A stretch of DNA of 64,000 nt from Nitrosarchaeum sp. (GCA_965223865.1 OZ245020.1:1-64000); one strand, 5' to 3'; shown: positions 49,187 through 59,254, counted from the first letter of the stretch. The notes: a model not told the origin generated them from the letters alone. Program-made: numbers and translations.

Positions 49187-49495
49187 ATGGGAAAAATTAT
49201 TGTAGGAAAAACTTCTGACATTAAACCTGGAGAAATGATCAAAGTTTCAGTTGATGGAAGGGATGTTTTGGTGGCAAATATTGATGGAGAATATTGTGCA
49301 ACTGATGATACGTGTACCCATTCTGGTGCAAGCCTTTCTGAGGGTAAATTAGAGGAGAATGTTGTTACTTGTGGATGGCATTCAGCACAATTTGATTGTA
49401 AAACAGGAAAATTGGTAAAATTTCCTGCAAAAATACGGAATTTGACATCATACAAGGTTAGCGTAGAGTTGGATAATGTCTTTGTAGAGGTGTAA
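49187..49495 (+). CDS. Rieske [2Fe-2S] ferredoxin
   Basis: CTH...CGWH. Confidence 0.92.
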   Translation: MGKIIVGKTSDIKPGEMIKVSVDGRDVLVANIDGEYCATDDTCTHSGASLSEGKLEENVVTCGWHSAQFDCKTGKLVKFPAKIRNLTSYKVSVELDNVFVEV

Positions 49496-49531
49496 CCTTA
49501 TAATCCGTATTTGAATTAGAGGTTGTAAGAA

Positions 49532-49801
49532 ATGGCAGATGAAAAACAAAACAAGGAATCAATGAAAGAAGCTATTGAGACATTGAATCAAATTGCATCG
49601 AATAACTCGACACCTAAAACCATAAAAAAATCAATCACGGATTTAATAGCAGATTTGAATAATGAGGAATACTCGTTATCAGTTAGAGCTGCAAACACTA
49701 TAAGTTTGTTAGATGATGTAACCCAAGATCCCAATATGCCGTCATATGTAAGAACTCAGCTATGGCAAGCAGTCTCGAAACTTGAAAGCATAAGAGAATA
49801 A
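49532..49801 (+). CDS. UPF0147 family protein
   Basis: VRAAN.IS.LD....DPNMP..RT..W...S.LE. Confidence 0.88.
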   Translation: MADEKQNKESMKEAIETLNQIASNNSTPKTIKKSITDLIADLNNEEYSLSVRAANTISLLDDVTQDPNMPSYVRTQLWQAVSKLESIRE

Positions 49802-49826
49802 ATCAGCTATTATTTTAATTCCAATA

Positions 49827-50585
49827 TTGAAATTAGAAGAATATCTAAGATCACTTCCTGAAAATATTGTTAGCGGAGAAGATGTTCAGCTTCCTGACAA
49901 GTCATTTAAAGATATTTTTGATTTTGTAGATTTGGGCGAAACGGATGTTTTTTATCATTTAGGATGTGGAGATGGCAAAGGAATCAAAATTGCATTAGAA
50001 GAGTACAATGTAAAAAAAGCAGTAGGAATAGACATTGAGGAATCAAAGATCAGATATGCCGAAAATAGTTTAATTGAACGAAATCTTTCAGGAGATTTAA
50101 TTTGTGAAGATATTCAAAAAGCAAACATTTCAGATGCAACTGTGATTCTTTTCTGGTTTACCAATGAAAAAATAATCAAGAACATGATGGAGAGATTTAA
50201 GAAATTAAATCCTAAGACAAAAATTATTACAATTTGGGGACCATTACCCGGATGCTTGCCTGAAAGAGTAAAATTTCCATATATCATAAACAAAGTTCCC
50301 TTCAAAAAAGCAAATAGTTTACAAGAACAGATATTAGCAGTTTTTGGAGTAAAATGCATAGATTTTGTAACAGCTTGGGAATTTGCTGAAAGATACACAA
50401 AAGCAATAGGATCCGGTGTAGAAAATGACAGATTTTTAACAATAATTCAAACTTTGACAATATGGATCAATGCAAAAAATCTTGGAGTTTCTTGCGGCGA
50501 TGAGATTCCTGAATCAATTCAGACATATATCAACATAATGAAGACACATTTTGATATTGATTTTGGGTATCTTTTGAAAGAATAA
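49827..50585 (+). CDS. class I SAM-dependent methyltransferase
   Basis: FYHLGCGDG, VGIDI, ATVI. Confidence 0.82.
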   Translation: MKLEEYLRSLPENIVSGEDVQLPDKSFKDIFDFVDLGETDVFYHLGCGDGKGIKIALEEYNVKKAVGIDIEESKIRYAENSLIERNLSGDLICEDIQKANISDATVILFWFTNEKIIKNMMERFKKLNPKTKIITIWGPLPGCLPERVKFPYIINKVPFKKANSLQEQILAVFGVKCIDFVTAWEFAERYTKAIGSGVENDRFLTIIQTLTIWINAKNLGVSCGDEIPESIQTYINIMKTHFDIDFGYLLKE

Positions 50586-50627
50586 TTTTTGTGCAATCCT
50601 TTTATTTTGTTAACACTCAGATTATTT

Positions 50628-50975
50628 ATGGAAGGTAGAATTCATATCAATGCATCTGCCATTGATTATGATAAAACAAGTAAGGCAATTTCTAGACAAT
50701 TATCACTTTTAGAAGAAATGGTCCACAGTCAGGATGATTTTGCAATGACAGATTCAGAATTTGCATTTGGGTGGCATTTTTTTGTGATAAGTGTTAATCG
50801 CTCACTTGTAGAAAAACTAGTTGATCAGATGGGTGCTGATTTTGACAGATTAAAAGGTAAAAGTACTGAAAAGAAATTCATTACATGGTTAACCAAAAAT
50901 ATTGAGGGACAAAGTCCCAGATTCAAACTTGCAATTAAAGAAGAAATGGAATCAAGCAAGTATGGTGTTTTCTAA
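50628..50975 (+). CDS. conserved hypothetical protein
   Basis: ORF with normal composition (EFAFGWHFF). Confidence 0.7.
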   Translation: MEGRIHINASAIDYDKTSKAISRQLSLLEEMVHSQDDFAMTDSEFAFGWHFFVISVNRSLVEKLVDQMGADFDRLKGKSTEKKFITWLTKNIEGQSPRFKLAIKEEMESSKYGVF

Positions 50976-51148
50976 TCAATAGTACCTGTGTAACCATTTC
51001 TGTATCATATTTTGTAATTATTATGTGATTTTCAGAAGGAAGATTACCTTTGCATGTGTATGTTTTGGAGTTTCTTATCATAGTCAAGTAATTGGAATTC
51101 TTGCATCGCTCAGATTACACATATGAGGACATTTACCAATTATGGGTA

Positions 51149-51221
51149 GGCCCTCGAGGAGAATCGAACCCCTGTCCGGGGATCCACAGTCCCCTATACT
51201 AGCCACTGTACTACGAGGGCC
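51149..51221 (-). tRNA. tRNA-His(GTG), G-1 encoded
   Basis: Reverse complement (G)GCCCTCG...GGGGA-CT-GTG-GA-TCCCC...GTTCGATT...CGAGGGC-C. Confidence 0.95.
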
Positions 51222-51318
51222 ACGAGAATAAAAAACTGTTAAACCAGTAATAATCTTTGATTTTATATTAATGAAAATTAGCCTCTAGATTTATTATTAA
51301 GCAGTTTAGATTTTAGTT

Positions 51319-51399
51319 ATGAGAGCTTGGTGGATAGCTATGGCAATAGCAATAGGCGTTACGTGGGTAGGCGCAAATTACTTGTTACCATGGATGTAA
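51319..51399 (+). CDS. 26-aa single-TM microprotein upstream of corA (not in ORF track)
   Basis: MRAWWIAMAIAIGVTWVGANYLLPWM*; higher GC than flanks; AT-rich promoter-like upstream region. Confidence 0.55.
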   Translation: MRAWWIAMAIAIGVTWVGANYLLPWM

Positions 51400-51488
51400 G
51401 CATAAACAAATAGTTTTGAAATTATTCTAGGGTTTGTTGCAAAAATTAGCGATCGCTTTAAATTTGTTGTATAAGCCTAATTGGCATC

Positions 51489-52511
51489 TTGAAAAGGAGT
51501 ATCATTCCAACCAGATTACGTTCAGGAAAAAAATCTGTAGAGGATTCGATAGGAAAATCAATAGAAAGAATTCAAGGAAATGGGTTTACATGGATTGATA
51601 TTCAAAATCCAGATAGATGGACAATTGAGGAATTAGCTCAAGAATTCAATCTAAATGCACTTAACATAGAAGACTGTCTTGCGAAATTTGAGCTTCCAAA
51701 GCTAGATGCATATGATGATCATTTCTTTTTGATCCTTCATTTTCAACCATTATTCTCAAAAATTGCTGCACCACAAGTTAGTCAGCTTTCAGTATTTATG
51801 GGGAAAAATTTTCTCATCACAATTCACCAAGGAGATTTAAAACCACTGGTTGACATTGTCAAAACTTGCAAAGAAGATAAAGACAATCATCGGAAGGAGC
51901 AGCTTTTAGGAGAATCGTCGGGTGCACTATTACACGAAATAATAGATGTTCTTGTAGACGATATGCTACATACCCTCCGTAGAATTATTGCAAATCTAGT
52001 CGAAATTGAGGAGGGAGTATTCGATGAGCGAAGATCCGTAGCTAAACAAATTTCACGACTCAGAAAAGAAATTACCATTCTTAGAAGAATTTCAAATCCA
52101 TTAAAGAGGTTAGTTTTGGAGACAGGAAAACAAGTACAACGTTTTATTCCAACAGATGATGAAGATCTCAAATTGTATTTTGATGATGTAATAGACCACC
52201 TTGATAGAATTATTGAGAGTTTAGAAGAGTCTAGAGAGACGATGGAAATTTACAAAGATACAGATTTTGTACTTAGTACGGAAAAAACAAACAAAGTCCT
52301 TGCGGTACTTACAATAATATTTACACTTGCAATTCCAGCCACCATAATTGGAACGTTTTATGGAATGAATGTTACAATACCAGGTGGTGTAGGTGAAGAA
52401 TCGGTTTCAATATTAGGAACATATTCTACATTCATAATCGTCATTTTAGCATCAATAATTCCTGCAGGATTGATGTTTGCATATTTTAAGAAATTAGGTT
52501 GGATGGGATAG
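51489..52511 (+). CDS. corA: CorA-family Mg2+/Co2+ transporter
   Basis: WIDI..P, YGMN signature, two C-terminal TM helices, FKKLGW. Confidence 0.93.
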   Translation: MKRSIIPTRLRSGKKSVEDSIGKSIERIQGNGFTWIDIQNPDRWTIEELAQEFNLNALNIEDCLAKFELPKLDAYDDHFFLILHFQPLFSKIAAPQVSQLSVFMGKNFLITIHQGDLKPLVDIVKTCKEDKDNHRKEQLLGESSGALLHEIIDVLVDDMLHTLRRIIANLVEIEEGVFDERRSVAKQISRLRKEITILRRISNPLKRLVLETGKQVQRFIPTDDEDLKLYFDDVIDHLDRIIESLEESRETMEIYKDTDFVLSTEKTNKVLAVLTIIFTLAIPATIIGTFYGMNVTIPGGVGEESVSILGTYSTFIIVILASIIPAGLMFAYFKKLGWMG

Positions 52512-52578
52512 TGTTAACAGCATCACAGTTTTCTAATTCCTCAACTTAGATAAATATAAGAAAATGAGATAAAAAAAT

Positions 52579-52716
52579 ATGGGAAAGATCAGAATTAGAA
52601 CTGGTAGAGGAACAGGAACAATGGAAGTAGAGGTAGAGGAACAGGTTCTAGGAAGAGCAAAAACAAAGGTTCCTGACAAAAACCATTATTTTCAATTTTA
52701 TAGATTCAACAAATGA
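52579..52716 (+). CDS. 45-aa hypothetical microprotein (not in ORF track)
   Basis: MGKIRIRTGRGTGTMEVEVEEQVLGRAKTKVPDKNHYFQFYRFNK*. Confidence 0.5.
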   Translation: MGKIRIRTGRGTGTMEVEVEEQVLGRAKTKVPDKNHYFQFYRFNK

Positions 52717-52796
52717 ATTTTTTAAGTGTATGAATCAAAATCAGAATTAAGAACTTTAGAAAATTATATTTAATCATAATCAAACTTCTCTATGTC

Positions 52797-53222
52797 TTGA
52801 AAAAGATCAAAAATATTCTAGTACCTCTTGATGGTTCGTCAACATCGCTTAAAGGATTCAATTTAGCAATAGTTTTAGCAAAATCACTAGATGCAAAAAT
52901 TACTGTCATCAATGTTATTAGATTTTCAAATGGTTTTCAATTTCCTGTCTCATCAGAGATAAAACAAATTCATGTAAAAAGCGCAGAGAACATAATTTCA
53001 GAAGCTCAAAAAATAGCTAGAAAAGAAAGCATATCATTTATTGGAAAAATTGTAAAAGGAGATAATATAGGAAAAGAAATTGTGAAAAATGCAAAAACAA
53101 AGAATATGGACCTCATAATTATTGGATCTAGAGGACCTTATTCTGGTTCAGAAACATTTCTTGGCAGTGTGGCAAACTATGTCTTACATAAGGCAAATAT
53201 TCCTATTACAATAGTAAAATAA
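52797..53222 (+). CDS. universal stress protein (UspA family)
   Basis: ILVPLDGS, DLIIIGSRG, FLGSVANYV. Confidence 0.93.
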   Translation: MKKIKNILVPLDGSSTSLKGFNLAIVLAKSLDAKITVINVIRFSNGFQFPVSSEIKQIHVKSAENIISEAQKIARKESISFIGKIVKGDNIGKEIVKNAKTKNMDLIIIGSRGPYSGSETFLGSVANYVLHKANIPITIVK

Positions 53223-53235
53223 AATTTTTAGAATA

Positions 53236-53901
53236 TTAAATTTTGATATCAGGATTTACTTGTTTGAGTTTTTCCCAATCAGCCAAAAAGTTTTTGAGTC
53301 CAATGTCAGTTAAGGGATGTTTTAACATTTTATCTAACACTGCTGGAGGTAATGTTACAACATCAGCTCCTATTTTTGCAGCTTCTACAACATGCATTGG
53401 GTGCCTAATACTAGCAACAAGGATTTCAGTTTCAAAATTATAATTTGAGAAGATCTCCTTAATCTCTTTAATTAGATGCATTCCATCCTGACCAATATCA
53501 TCAAGTCTTCCAATAAAGGGGCTAACATATTTTGCACCAGATTTTGCTGCAAGAAGAGCTTGATTTGGTGAGAAAACCAAGGTAACATTAACAGGAATCC
53601 CTTGTGAAGAAAGATTTTTGCATGCCTTCAGTCCATTAGGAGTCATTGGGACTTTAACTACAACGTTGTTTCCATATTCACGCAGTCGTTTTCCTTCTTC
53701 AATCATTCCAGAGTATTCAGTACTAACAACTTCTAGACTAACATCACCTTTGATGATTTTTGTGATTTCTTCCATTCCATCTTTTGGATTGCCACCTTCT
53801 TTTGACATCAGAGATGGATTGGTAGTAATTCCATCAAGCAAGCCCATGTCATTAAATTTTCTAATTGATTCTAGGTTAGCAGTATCTAGAAAAATTTTCA
53901 T
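53236..53901 (-). CDS. tal: transaldolase / fructose-6-phosphate aldolase family
   Basis: [29 protein letters not shown]. Confidence 0.93.
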   Translation of the reverse strand: MKIFLDTANLESIRKFNDMGLLDGITTNPSLMSKEGGNPKDGMEEITKIIKGDVSLEVVSTEYSGMIEEGKRLREYGNNVVVKVPMTPNGLKACKNLSSQGIPVNVTLVFSPNQALLAAKSGAKYVSPFIGRLDDIGQDGMHLIKEIKEIFSNYNFETEILVASIRHPMHVVEAAKIGADVVTLPPAVLDKMLKHPLTDIGLKNFLADWEKLKQVNPDIKI

Positions 53902-54872
53902 AATTTTTTGTTCCTCAATTCCTTGACTTGTTTTGCCATATTAAAAGATGTTATTCCATGTTTTTCTAAAAGTAGTGGTATTTCATTATCTCTTGCAGAT
54001 TCTCCGAACATATCTTGTGCACCGATTCTTTTGATTGGAACTGGGTACCTTTCAGAAACTGCCTCTGCAACAGCAGAACCCATTCCACCAAAAATATTAT
54101 GTTCCTCACAGGTAACAATACATCCAGTTTCACGAGATGCTTTTTCTAAAAGTTCGGTGTCTATTGGTTTTATTGAAAAGATATCAAGAACTCTGCATGA
54201 AATTCCTTCTTGTTGTAGAGATTCAGCAGCTTCAAGGGCCATCCTAACAGTAATTCCACATGCAGCAATGGTAGCATCACTTCCATCACGAACTGTAATC
54301 CCTTTGCCGACTTGAAATTCTTGATAGTCTGAATAAACCACAGGTGTCTTTGACCTCGCCATTCTCATGTAGAAGGGACCATACTCTTGAGACATCAATC
54401 TTGTCAATTTTGAAACAGCAAAAGTATCTGCTGGGATAAAGACACGAAAATTGGGGATTGCTCTCATAATTGCAATATCTTCAATTTGTTGATGGGAACC
54501 ACCATCAGGTCCTACAGTCAAGCCTCCATGAGAAACAACTAATTTAACATTAAGACCTTTTTTTCCAGGAGGAGAAGGATATGCAATTCCATTTCGAATT
54601 TGATCTACTGCTCTACCAGGAAGGAAAATTGCATAGGTACTTGCAAAGGAAATTTTACCTGATACAGCAAACCCTGCAGATAGTGAAACAAGATTTCCTT
54701 CTGCAATTCCTACATTAAAAAAACGATTTGGAAATTCCTTTCCAAATCCTGAAGTCTTCAAAGAATCAGTTGTATCAGCACCTAAAACAACAACATTAGG
54801 ATTTTCCCTACCAATTTCAACCAGAGTTTTTGAATACTCTGTTCTCATGTCAGTCATTTTAGGAGGGTTCAA
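53898..54872 (-). CDS. transketolase C-terminal subunit
   Basis: [17 protein letters not shown]. Confidence 0.92.
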   Translation of the reverse strand: MNPPKMTDMRTEYSKTLVEIGRENPNVVVLGADTTDSLKTSGFGKEFPNRFFNVGIAEGNLVSLSAGFAVSGKISFASTYAIFLPGRAVDQIRNGIAYPSPPGKKGLNVKLVVSHGGLTVGPDGGSHQQIEDIAIMRAIPNFRVFIPADTFAVSKLTRLMSQEYGPFYMRMARSKTPVVYSDYQEFQVGKGITVRDGSDATIAACGITVRMALEAAESLQQEGISCRVLDIFSIKPIDTELLEKASRETGCIVTCEEHNIFGGMGSAVAEAVSERYPVPIKRIGAQDMFGESARDNEIPLLLEKHGITSFNMAKQVKELRNKKL

Positions 54873-56536
54873 AGATATCCTGCCTCTTCTGCTAGTTTCC
54901 TAATTTGATCGTGTTTTCCGCCTATAACATGCAATTCTATCCATTTCTTTACTAGTTCAGAACCACCTAACTCGTTTGCTTTATCAAGAAGCAGTTTTCT
55001 TCTGGATTTTCTTACTTCATGTCTAAATTCCCTAATTGTGGTTCTAACATCTTTCTGACCAATTATTGCACTACCTCCAACAAATGCTCGTGCACCATCT
55101 GCAAAAACGGCACCAATATTATCAAGGGTAATGCCACCATCGGCCTCAATGTAACCTGTAAAATTATGTTCACTCAAAACAGGTTTGAGATTTTTCATTT
55201 TTTCATGAGTTCCTTCAATATATTTTTGCCCAGATTTTCCTGGAACAACAGACATTACGATTAGTTGGTCAATTGTTGGAATAAATTTGAAGGACCAGTT
55301 TGGAAGATTAGTATCAGGATTTATTGCTAAACCCACTCCAACTTGATTTTGTTTTAACAAGTCATGTATTTCTCCAAAACTTGACTCATCGCAAACTTCT
55401 GCATGAACAGTAACAATATCACTTCCTGCGTCAATATAATTGCGAATATGTTTTACTGGTTCATTAATCATCAAATGAGTGTCAAACGGAATTACAGTTA
55501 ATGGTCTTAATTCTTTAATTTTTGTATGATCAAAAGTTTTGTTTGGAACAAACTGACCGTCCATTACATCAAGATGTATGAAACTGGCTCTTCCGGCTAC
55601 ACATCGCTTAATTTCGTAACCTAGATCTTCCATGTTACCTGCAATAATAGATGGTGCAATCATAAATTGAGAACTAAGTTCTTGATAGATTATTGGTACA
55701 ACATCTGAATCAGGTGCTTTTCCATGCCATTGAGGATTGTCCTCCATATGTTCAACAGATTTTCCTTTGATTGTTCTTGAAATAATGATTGTCGGTACAC
55801 CTTTTGTTACATTGGCTTTGGCAATTGCTGCATTGATTTGTTCAATTCTATGACCGTCAATTTCAATAACATTCCAACCAAATGATCTCCACTTGTCTCC
55901 AGTTTTCCATCTTGAAGCGTCTTTCCACATCTCTGAAGGATCATCATCTACTAAGTATTCATCAAGAGGCATAATTTTTTCAGTGTAAGAGTCCTGTTGG
56001 ATAAAATTTCTATCTAAAAAGGCTATCAGATTATCAACTTTGTATTTAGCAGCAGTCATTGCAGCTTCCCATACTTGTCCCTCATCTGATTCACCATCAC
56101 CCATAATTGTATAGACATGATAGTTTTTACCATCAATTTTTCCTGCTAATGCAATTCCAACGGAATAGGACAAACCTGTACCAAGAGAACCTCCACAAAA
56201 TTCAACACCAGGACATTTCAGATCAGGATGGCCTTGTAGTTTACTTTCAAATTTTCTTAAAGTATCTAGTTCTGATTCAGGGAAATATCCTGCAACTGCC
56301 ATATTAGAAAATAGACCTGGTGCAGCATGTCCTTTTGATAATACAAGTCGATCTCTGTCTTCCCATGTAGGATTTTTTGGATCAAATTTTAAGTATTTAT
56401 AAAATAAACAGCCCAAAATTTCAGCCATTGAAAAAGAACCTCCAGGATGACCAGAACCTGCTATACTTGTAGATCGAATTACAAGTTTACGGGCACTTAG
56501 AATATTCTTCTTTATTTCATAATAATTAAGACCCAT
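54869..56536 (-). CDS. transketolase N-terminal subunit fused to ribulose-phosphate 3-epimerase
   Basis: SGHPGGS, LSKGHA, GDGE..EG (ThDP); then IAPSI, HLDVMDG.FVPN, DTHLM, MSV.PG..GQ, ADGG (RPE). Confidence 0.92.
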   Translation of the reverse strand: MGLNYYEIKKNILSARKLVIRSTSIAGSGHPGGSFSMAEILGCLFYKYLKFDPKNPTWEDRDRLVLSKGHAAPGLFSNMAVAGYFPESELDTLRKFESKLQGHPDLKCPGVEFCGGSLGTGLSYSVGIALAGKIDGKNYHVYTIMGDGESDEGQVWEAAMTAAKYKVDNLIAFLDRNFIQQDSYTEKIMPLDEYLVDDDPSEMWKDASRWKTGDKWRSFGWNVIEIDGHRIEQINAAIAKANVTKGVPTIIISRTIKGKSVEHMEDNPQWHGKAPDSDVVPIIYQELSSQFMIAPSIIAGNMEDLGYEIKRCVAGRASFIHLDVMDGQFVPNKTFDHTKIKELRPLTVIPFDTHLMINEPVKHIRNYIDAGSDIVTVHAEVCDESSFGEIHDLLKQNQVGVGLAINPDTNLPNWSFKFIPTIDQLIVMSVVPGKSGQKYIEGTHEKMKNLKPVLSEHNFTGYIEADGGITLDNIGAVFADGARAFVGGSAIIGQKDVRTTIREFRHEVRKSRRKLLLDKANELGGSELVKKWIELHVIGGKHDQIRKLAEEAGYL

Positions 56537-56614
56537 AACTGATTCAATTTCTTTAGAATTTTAATAAAAATCTACTTCTGAAAAATTTTAATTTGATCGC
56601 AGTTGTTTATTGAT

Positions 56615-56995
56615 ATGAATTACAAGGAAAACATTCCATTGGTAGTTTATGATAATCAATGTTATGTGTGTGTGAAATTTGCAAAAATAATTCATTTTTT
56701 TGCAAGAGGTAAAATTACAATGATAGGACATTATTCAGATTTAGGACAAAGCATAAGAGAGAAAATTTTAGATGATTCTGCACTTGAGATGTTTTGGTTT
56801 ATTGATGAAAAAAATGCTTTTGGTGGAAGAGCTGCTCTCTTGCCATTACTAAAAGCAATATTCACTTCCAAGAGAAAAAAAACAAATTCATTAATAGTTG
56901 ATGATGAATGTGAGCAAGATTGTAAAAGTTCAAAAGCTGTATTTATCAGATCTGCAAGTTTGCTATCAAATAGTAAAACCATCAAAATTGATTAA
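56615..56995 (+). CDS. DCC1-like thiol-disulfide oxidoreductase family protein
   Basis: VVYDNQCYVC (DxxCxxC). Confidence 0.75.
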   Translation: MNYKENIPLVVYDNQCYVCVKFAKIIHFFARGKITMIGHYSDLGQSIREKILDDSALEMFWFIDEKNAFGGRAALLPLLKAIFTSKRKKTNSLIVDDECEQDCKSSKAVFIRSASLLSNSKTIKID

Positions 56996-57206
56996 AATCA
57001 TAAGAAATTAGAATAAATTTTGCATAATATTAAATGTGATTTTTAATCTTCTAATTTTAAAAAAATAATTTTGAATTATATAATAATTAAGAGAATCAAG
57101 GATCATAGAAAATCTAAAATTAGTATTCATCATTTTGATAAAATAGTTAAAGAGTGAATTCCAGATTAATCATAAATCTAAATATTACAATAAAATACAG
57201 TATCAT

Positions 57207-58679
57207 ATGAAGATAAAAATTGAAAATTGTAATCCAAATCAAAAGAAAACTGCTATGCTTTGTGGATTTGTTTTAGAGGATTCAGATAAAATTCTAGGGT
57301 TTACCAAAATAGATTCAAAAGTTGTTTCCTCTGTAAAACAGACTCTAAAAGACATGGGAGGAAAATTAGGAAAGATTTCAGTTATTCCTACAAAATTGCC
57401 AGCTCAAAGGATCCTTTTAGCAGGATTAGGAAAAGAAGAAAAATTCACAAATGATACCATCAGGTATGTTTCTGGCAAGATAGCTCAAAAGGCAAGAGAA
57501 TTAAAAATACCAGAATTTTCCATCATACATCCACCAAGCATCATAGTAGATCCAATATCATCAGCTTCGCAGATAGTTGAGGGATGTAAAATGTCCCTTT
57601 ACAAATTTGAAAAATTCAAAACAGAAAAAGAAAACAAAACACCGGATCTTTCAATTATATCTTCAAAATTAAATAAAATTACTAAAGCAGTTAAAACAGC
57701 AGAGATTGTATCGGAAGGTTCGATTTTTACAAAAAGTATTGCAAATCTTCCTCCAAATGAATGCACACCAACAACTTTAGCAAATTTTGCTAGAGAAATG
57801 GCAAAGGAGAATAAAATGAAATGCATTGTAATTTCTAAAAAGGAATTAAAAAAGAAGGGGTTTGGTGGTATTACTGCGGTTGGACAAGGAAGTAAAAATG
57901 AACCAAAGATGATAATTTTAGAACATAACAAAGGAAAAGCCACAGAGAAACCAATTGTTCTAGTTGGAAAGGCAGTCACTTTTGATACTGGAGGAATTTC
58001 TCTAAAACCTGGAGAAAAAATGGATGAAATGAAGTTTGATAAGTGTGGAGGTTGTACTATTTTGGGAATAATGAAAGCAGTTTCTGAATTAAAACTTCCC
58101 GTAAACGTTGTAGGAATAATACCATCAGTAGAAAATATGCCTGGAGGTGAATCCTATAGACCGGGCGATATCATAAAGCTGTACAATGGAAAAACTGCAG
58201 AAATTTTAAACACAGATGCTGAAGGGAGGTTAATTTTAGCTGATGCATTATCTTATGGAGAAAAACACTATTCACCAAAGGCCATCATTGATTTTGCAAC
58301 ATTAACTGGAGCATGTATTATTGCATTGGGTACCAATGTAGCAGGAATGGTTTCAAGTAACGACAAACTAAAACAAAAAATTTTGGATGCATCAAGAAGA
58401 ACTACAGAAGAACTTTGGGAACTTCCTCTTAATGAGGACTACATGGATATGATAAAATCAGATGTGGCAGACATGAAAAACATTGGAATTGGCAGAGCTG
58501 CTGGAACAATAACAGCTGCGGCATTTCTTCGAAATGCTATAAATAATACTCCTTGGATTCATATCGATATTGCAGGTGTTGCCTGGACTCAAGTTGCAAC
58601 AAAGGAAAAACCATACAATCCAAAAGGAGCAACAGGATTTGGAGTAAGATTGATCTTAAATTACATTCAACATATCTAG
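57207..58679 (+). CDS. pepA: leucyl aminopeptidase (M17)
   Basis: VGKAVTFDTGG, MKFD, NTDAEGRL, ATLTGA, W.HIDIAG. Confidence 0.96.
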   Translation: MKIKIENCNPNQKKTAMLCGFVLEDSDKILGFTKIDSKVVSSVKQTLKDMGGKLGKISVIPTKLPAQRILLAGLGKEEKFTNDTIRYVSGKIAQKARELKIPEFSIIHPPSIIVDPISSASQIVEGCKMSLYKFEKFKTEKENKTPDLSIISSKLNKITKAVKTAEIVSEGSIFTKSIANLPPNECTPTTLANFAREMAKENKMKCIVISKKELKKKGFGGITAVGQGSKNEPKMIILEHNKGKATEKPIVLVGKAVTFDTGGISLKPGEKMDEMKFDKCGGCTILGIMKAVSELKLPVNVVGIIPSVENMPGGESYRPGDIIKLYNGKTAEILNTDAEGRLILADALSYGEKHYSPKAIIDFATLTGACIIALGTNVAGMVSSNDKLKQKILDASRRTTEELWELPLNEDYMDMIKSDVADMKNIGIGRAAGTITAAAFLRNAINNTPWIHIDIAGVAWTQVATKEKPYNPKGATGFGVRLILNYIQHI

Positions 58680-58753
58680 TTCAGATTCAGAATTAATTCT
58701 CAATATTGAAAATTAATTTCTATATTATTATACAAAAAATCAATTATCAATAC

Positions 58754-58885
58754 ATGTCTGAAGAGGCTGCTTGTGATTGCAATGATGCACATCATACAGG
58801 TCATGATTACATTCACTATAGACATGTGGGTGATCAGTGTATTCATCCAGATGGTCACATACATAAAATTGGAGAGGAAATTTGA
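58754..58885 (+). CDS. 43-aa His/Cys-rich microprotein (not in ORF track)
   Basis: MSEEAACDCNDAHHTGHDYIHYRHVGDQCIHPDGHIHKIGEEI*; stop overlaps the TTG start of the next ORF. Confidence 0.65.
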   Translation: MSEEAACDCNDAHHTGHDYIHYRHVGDQCIHPDGHIHKIGEEI

Positions 58886-59070
58886 CCGTAGAGAATGCTG
58901 TTATGCGATTAAACGATCTAATTATGGAAAGAGAGCAACTCAAAGAATTGATTGAAAAAGAGATGAAATATGATATTTCAGAGACTGCAAAAACAAGTGT
59001 TATTGCAACTGCAGATTTTCTAAAAGACGAGATTGAAACTCTAAAAGAGATTCTAAAAGAGTTAGACTAG
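58882..59070 (+). CDS. 62-aa coiled-coil hypothetical protein
   Basis: Heptad-rich helical hairpin; TTGA overlap with the upstream ORF. Confidence 0.6.
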   Translation: MTVENAVMRLNDLIMEREQLKELIEKEMKYDISETAKTSVIATADFLKDEIETLKEILKELD

Positions 59071-59195
59071 TATCCCCTGCTGTTTCTGTCAGGTTTGTTA
59101 ATGTTTGGATTTCTAAAGCCATGCTTTTCCATCATATGGTTAAGGAATCGTATATCGTCAGAGAACATTTCTCCGCAAACAGTACAGCTTGGCAT
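59067..59195 (-). CDS. 42-aa C2H2 zinc-finger microprotein (not in ORF track)
   Basis: MPSCTVCGEMFSDDIRFLNHMMEKHGF...; C-x2-C-x12-H-x4-H with conserved F. Confidence 0.75.
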   Translation of the reverse strand: MPSCTVCGEMFSDDIRFLNHMMEKHGFRNPNINKPDRNSRGY

Positions 59196-59254
59196 TAAAA
59201 TCAAATTGCAGTCATCAGAGTTGTTATTAAAAGATTAGTCAGTTAAATATTGAA

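Noticed and set aside
50976-51148. Short minus-strand ORFs downstream of tRNA-His
   Set aside because: Several short competing frames, none with convincing motif or composition.
51149-51221. Genome-encoded G-1 in tRNA-His, and tRNA as an integration site
   Set aside because: Encoded G-1 is common in archaea; no integrase or duplicated tRNA 3' end was seen nearby.
56996-57206. Very AT-rich intergenic stretch as a possible replication origin
   Set aside because: No ORB-like repeats and no adjacent cdc6/orc1 gene recognised.
58740-58955. ORF-track entries 58740..58943(-) and 58773..58955(+)
   Set aside because: Shadow frames of the more plausible His-rich ORF 58754..58885 and the coupled ORF 58882..59070.
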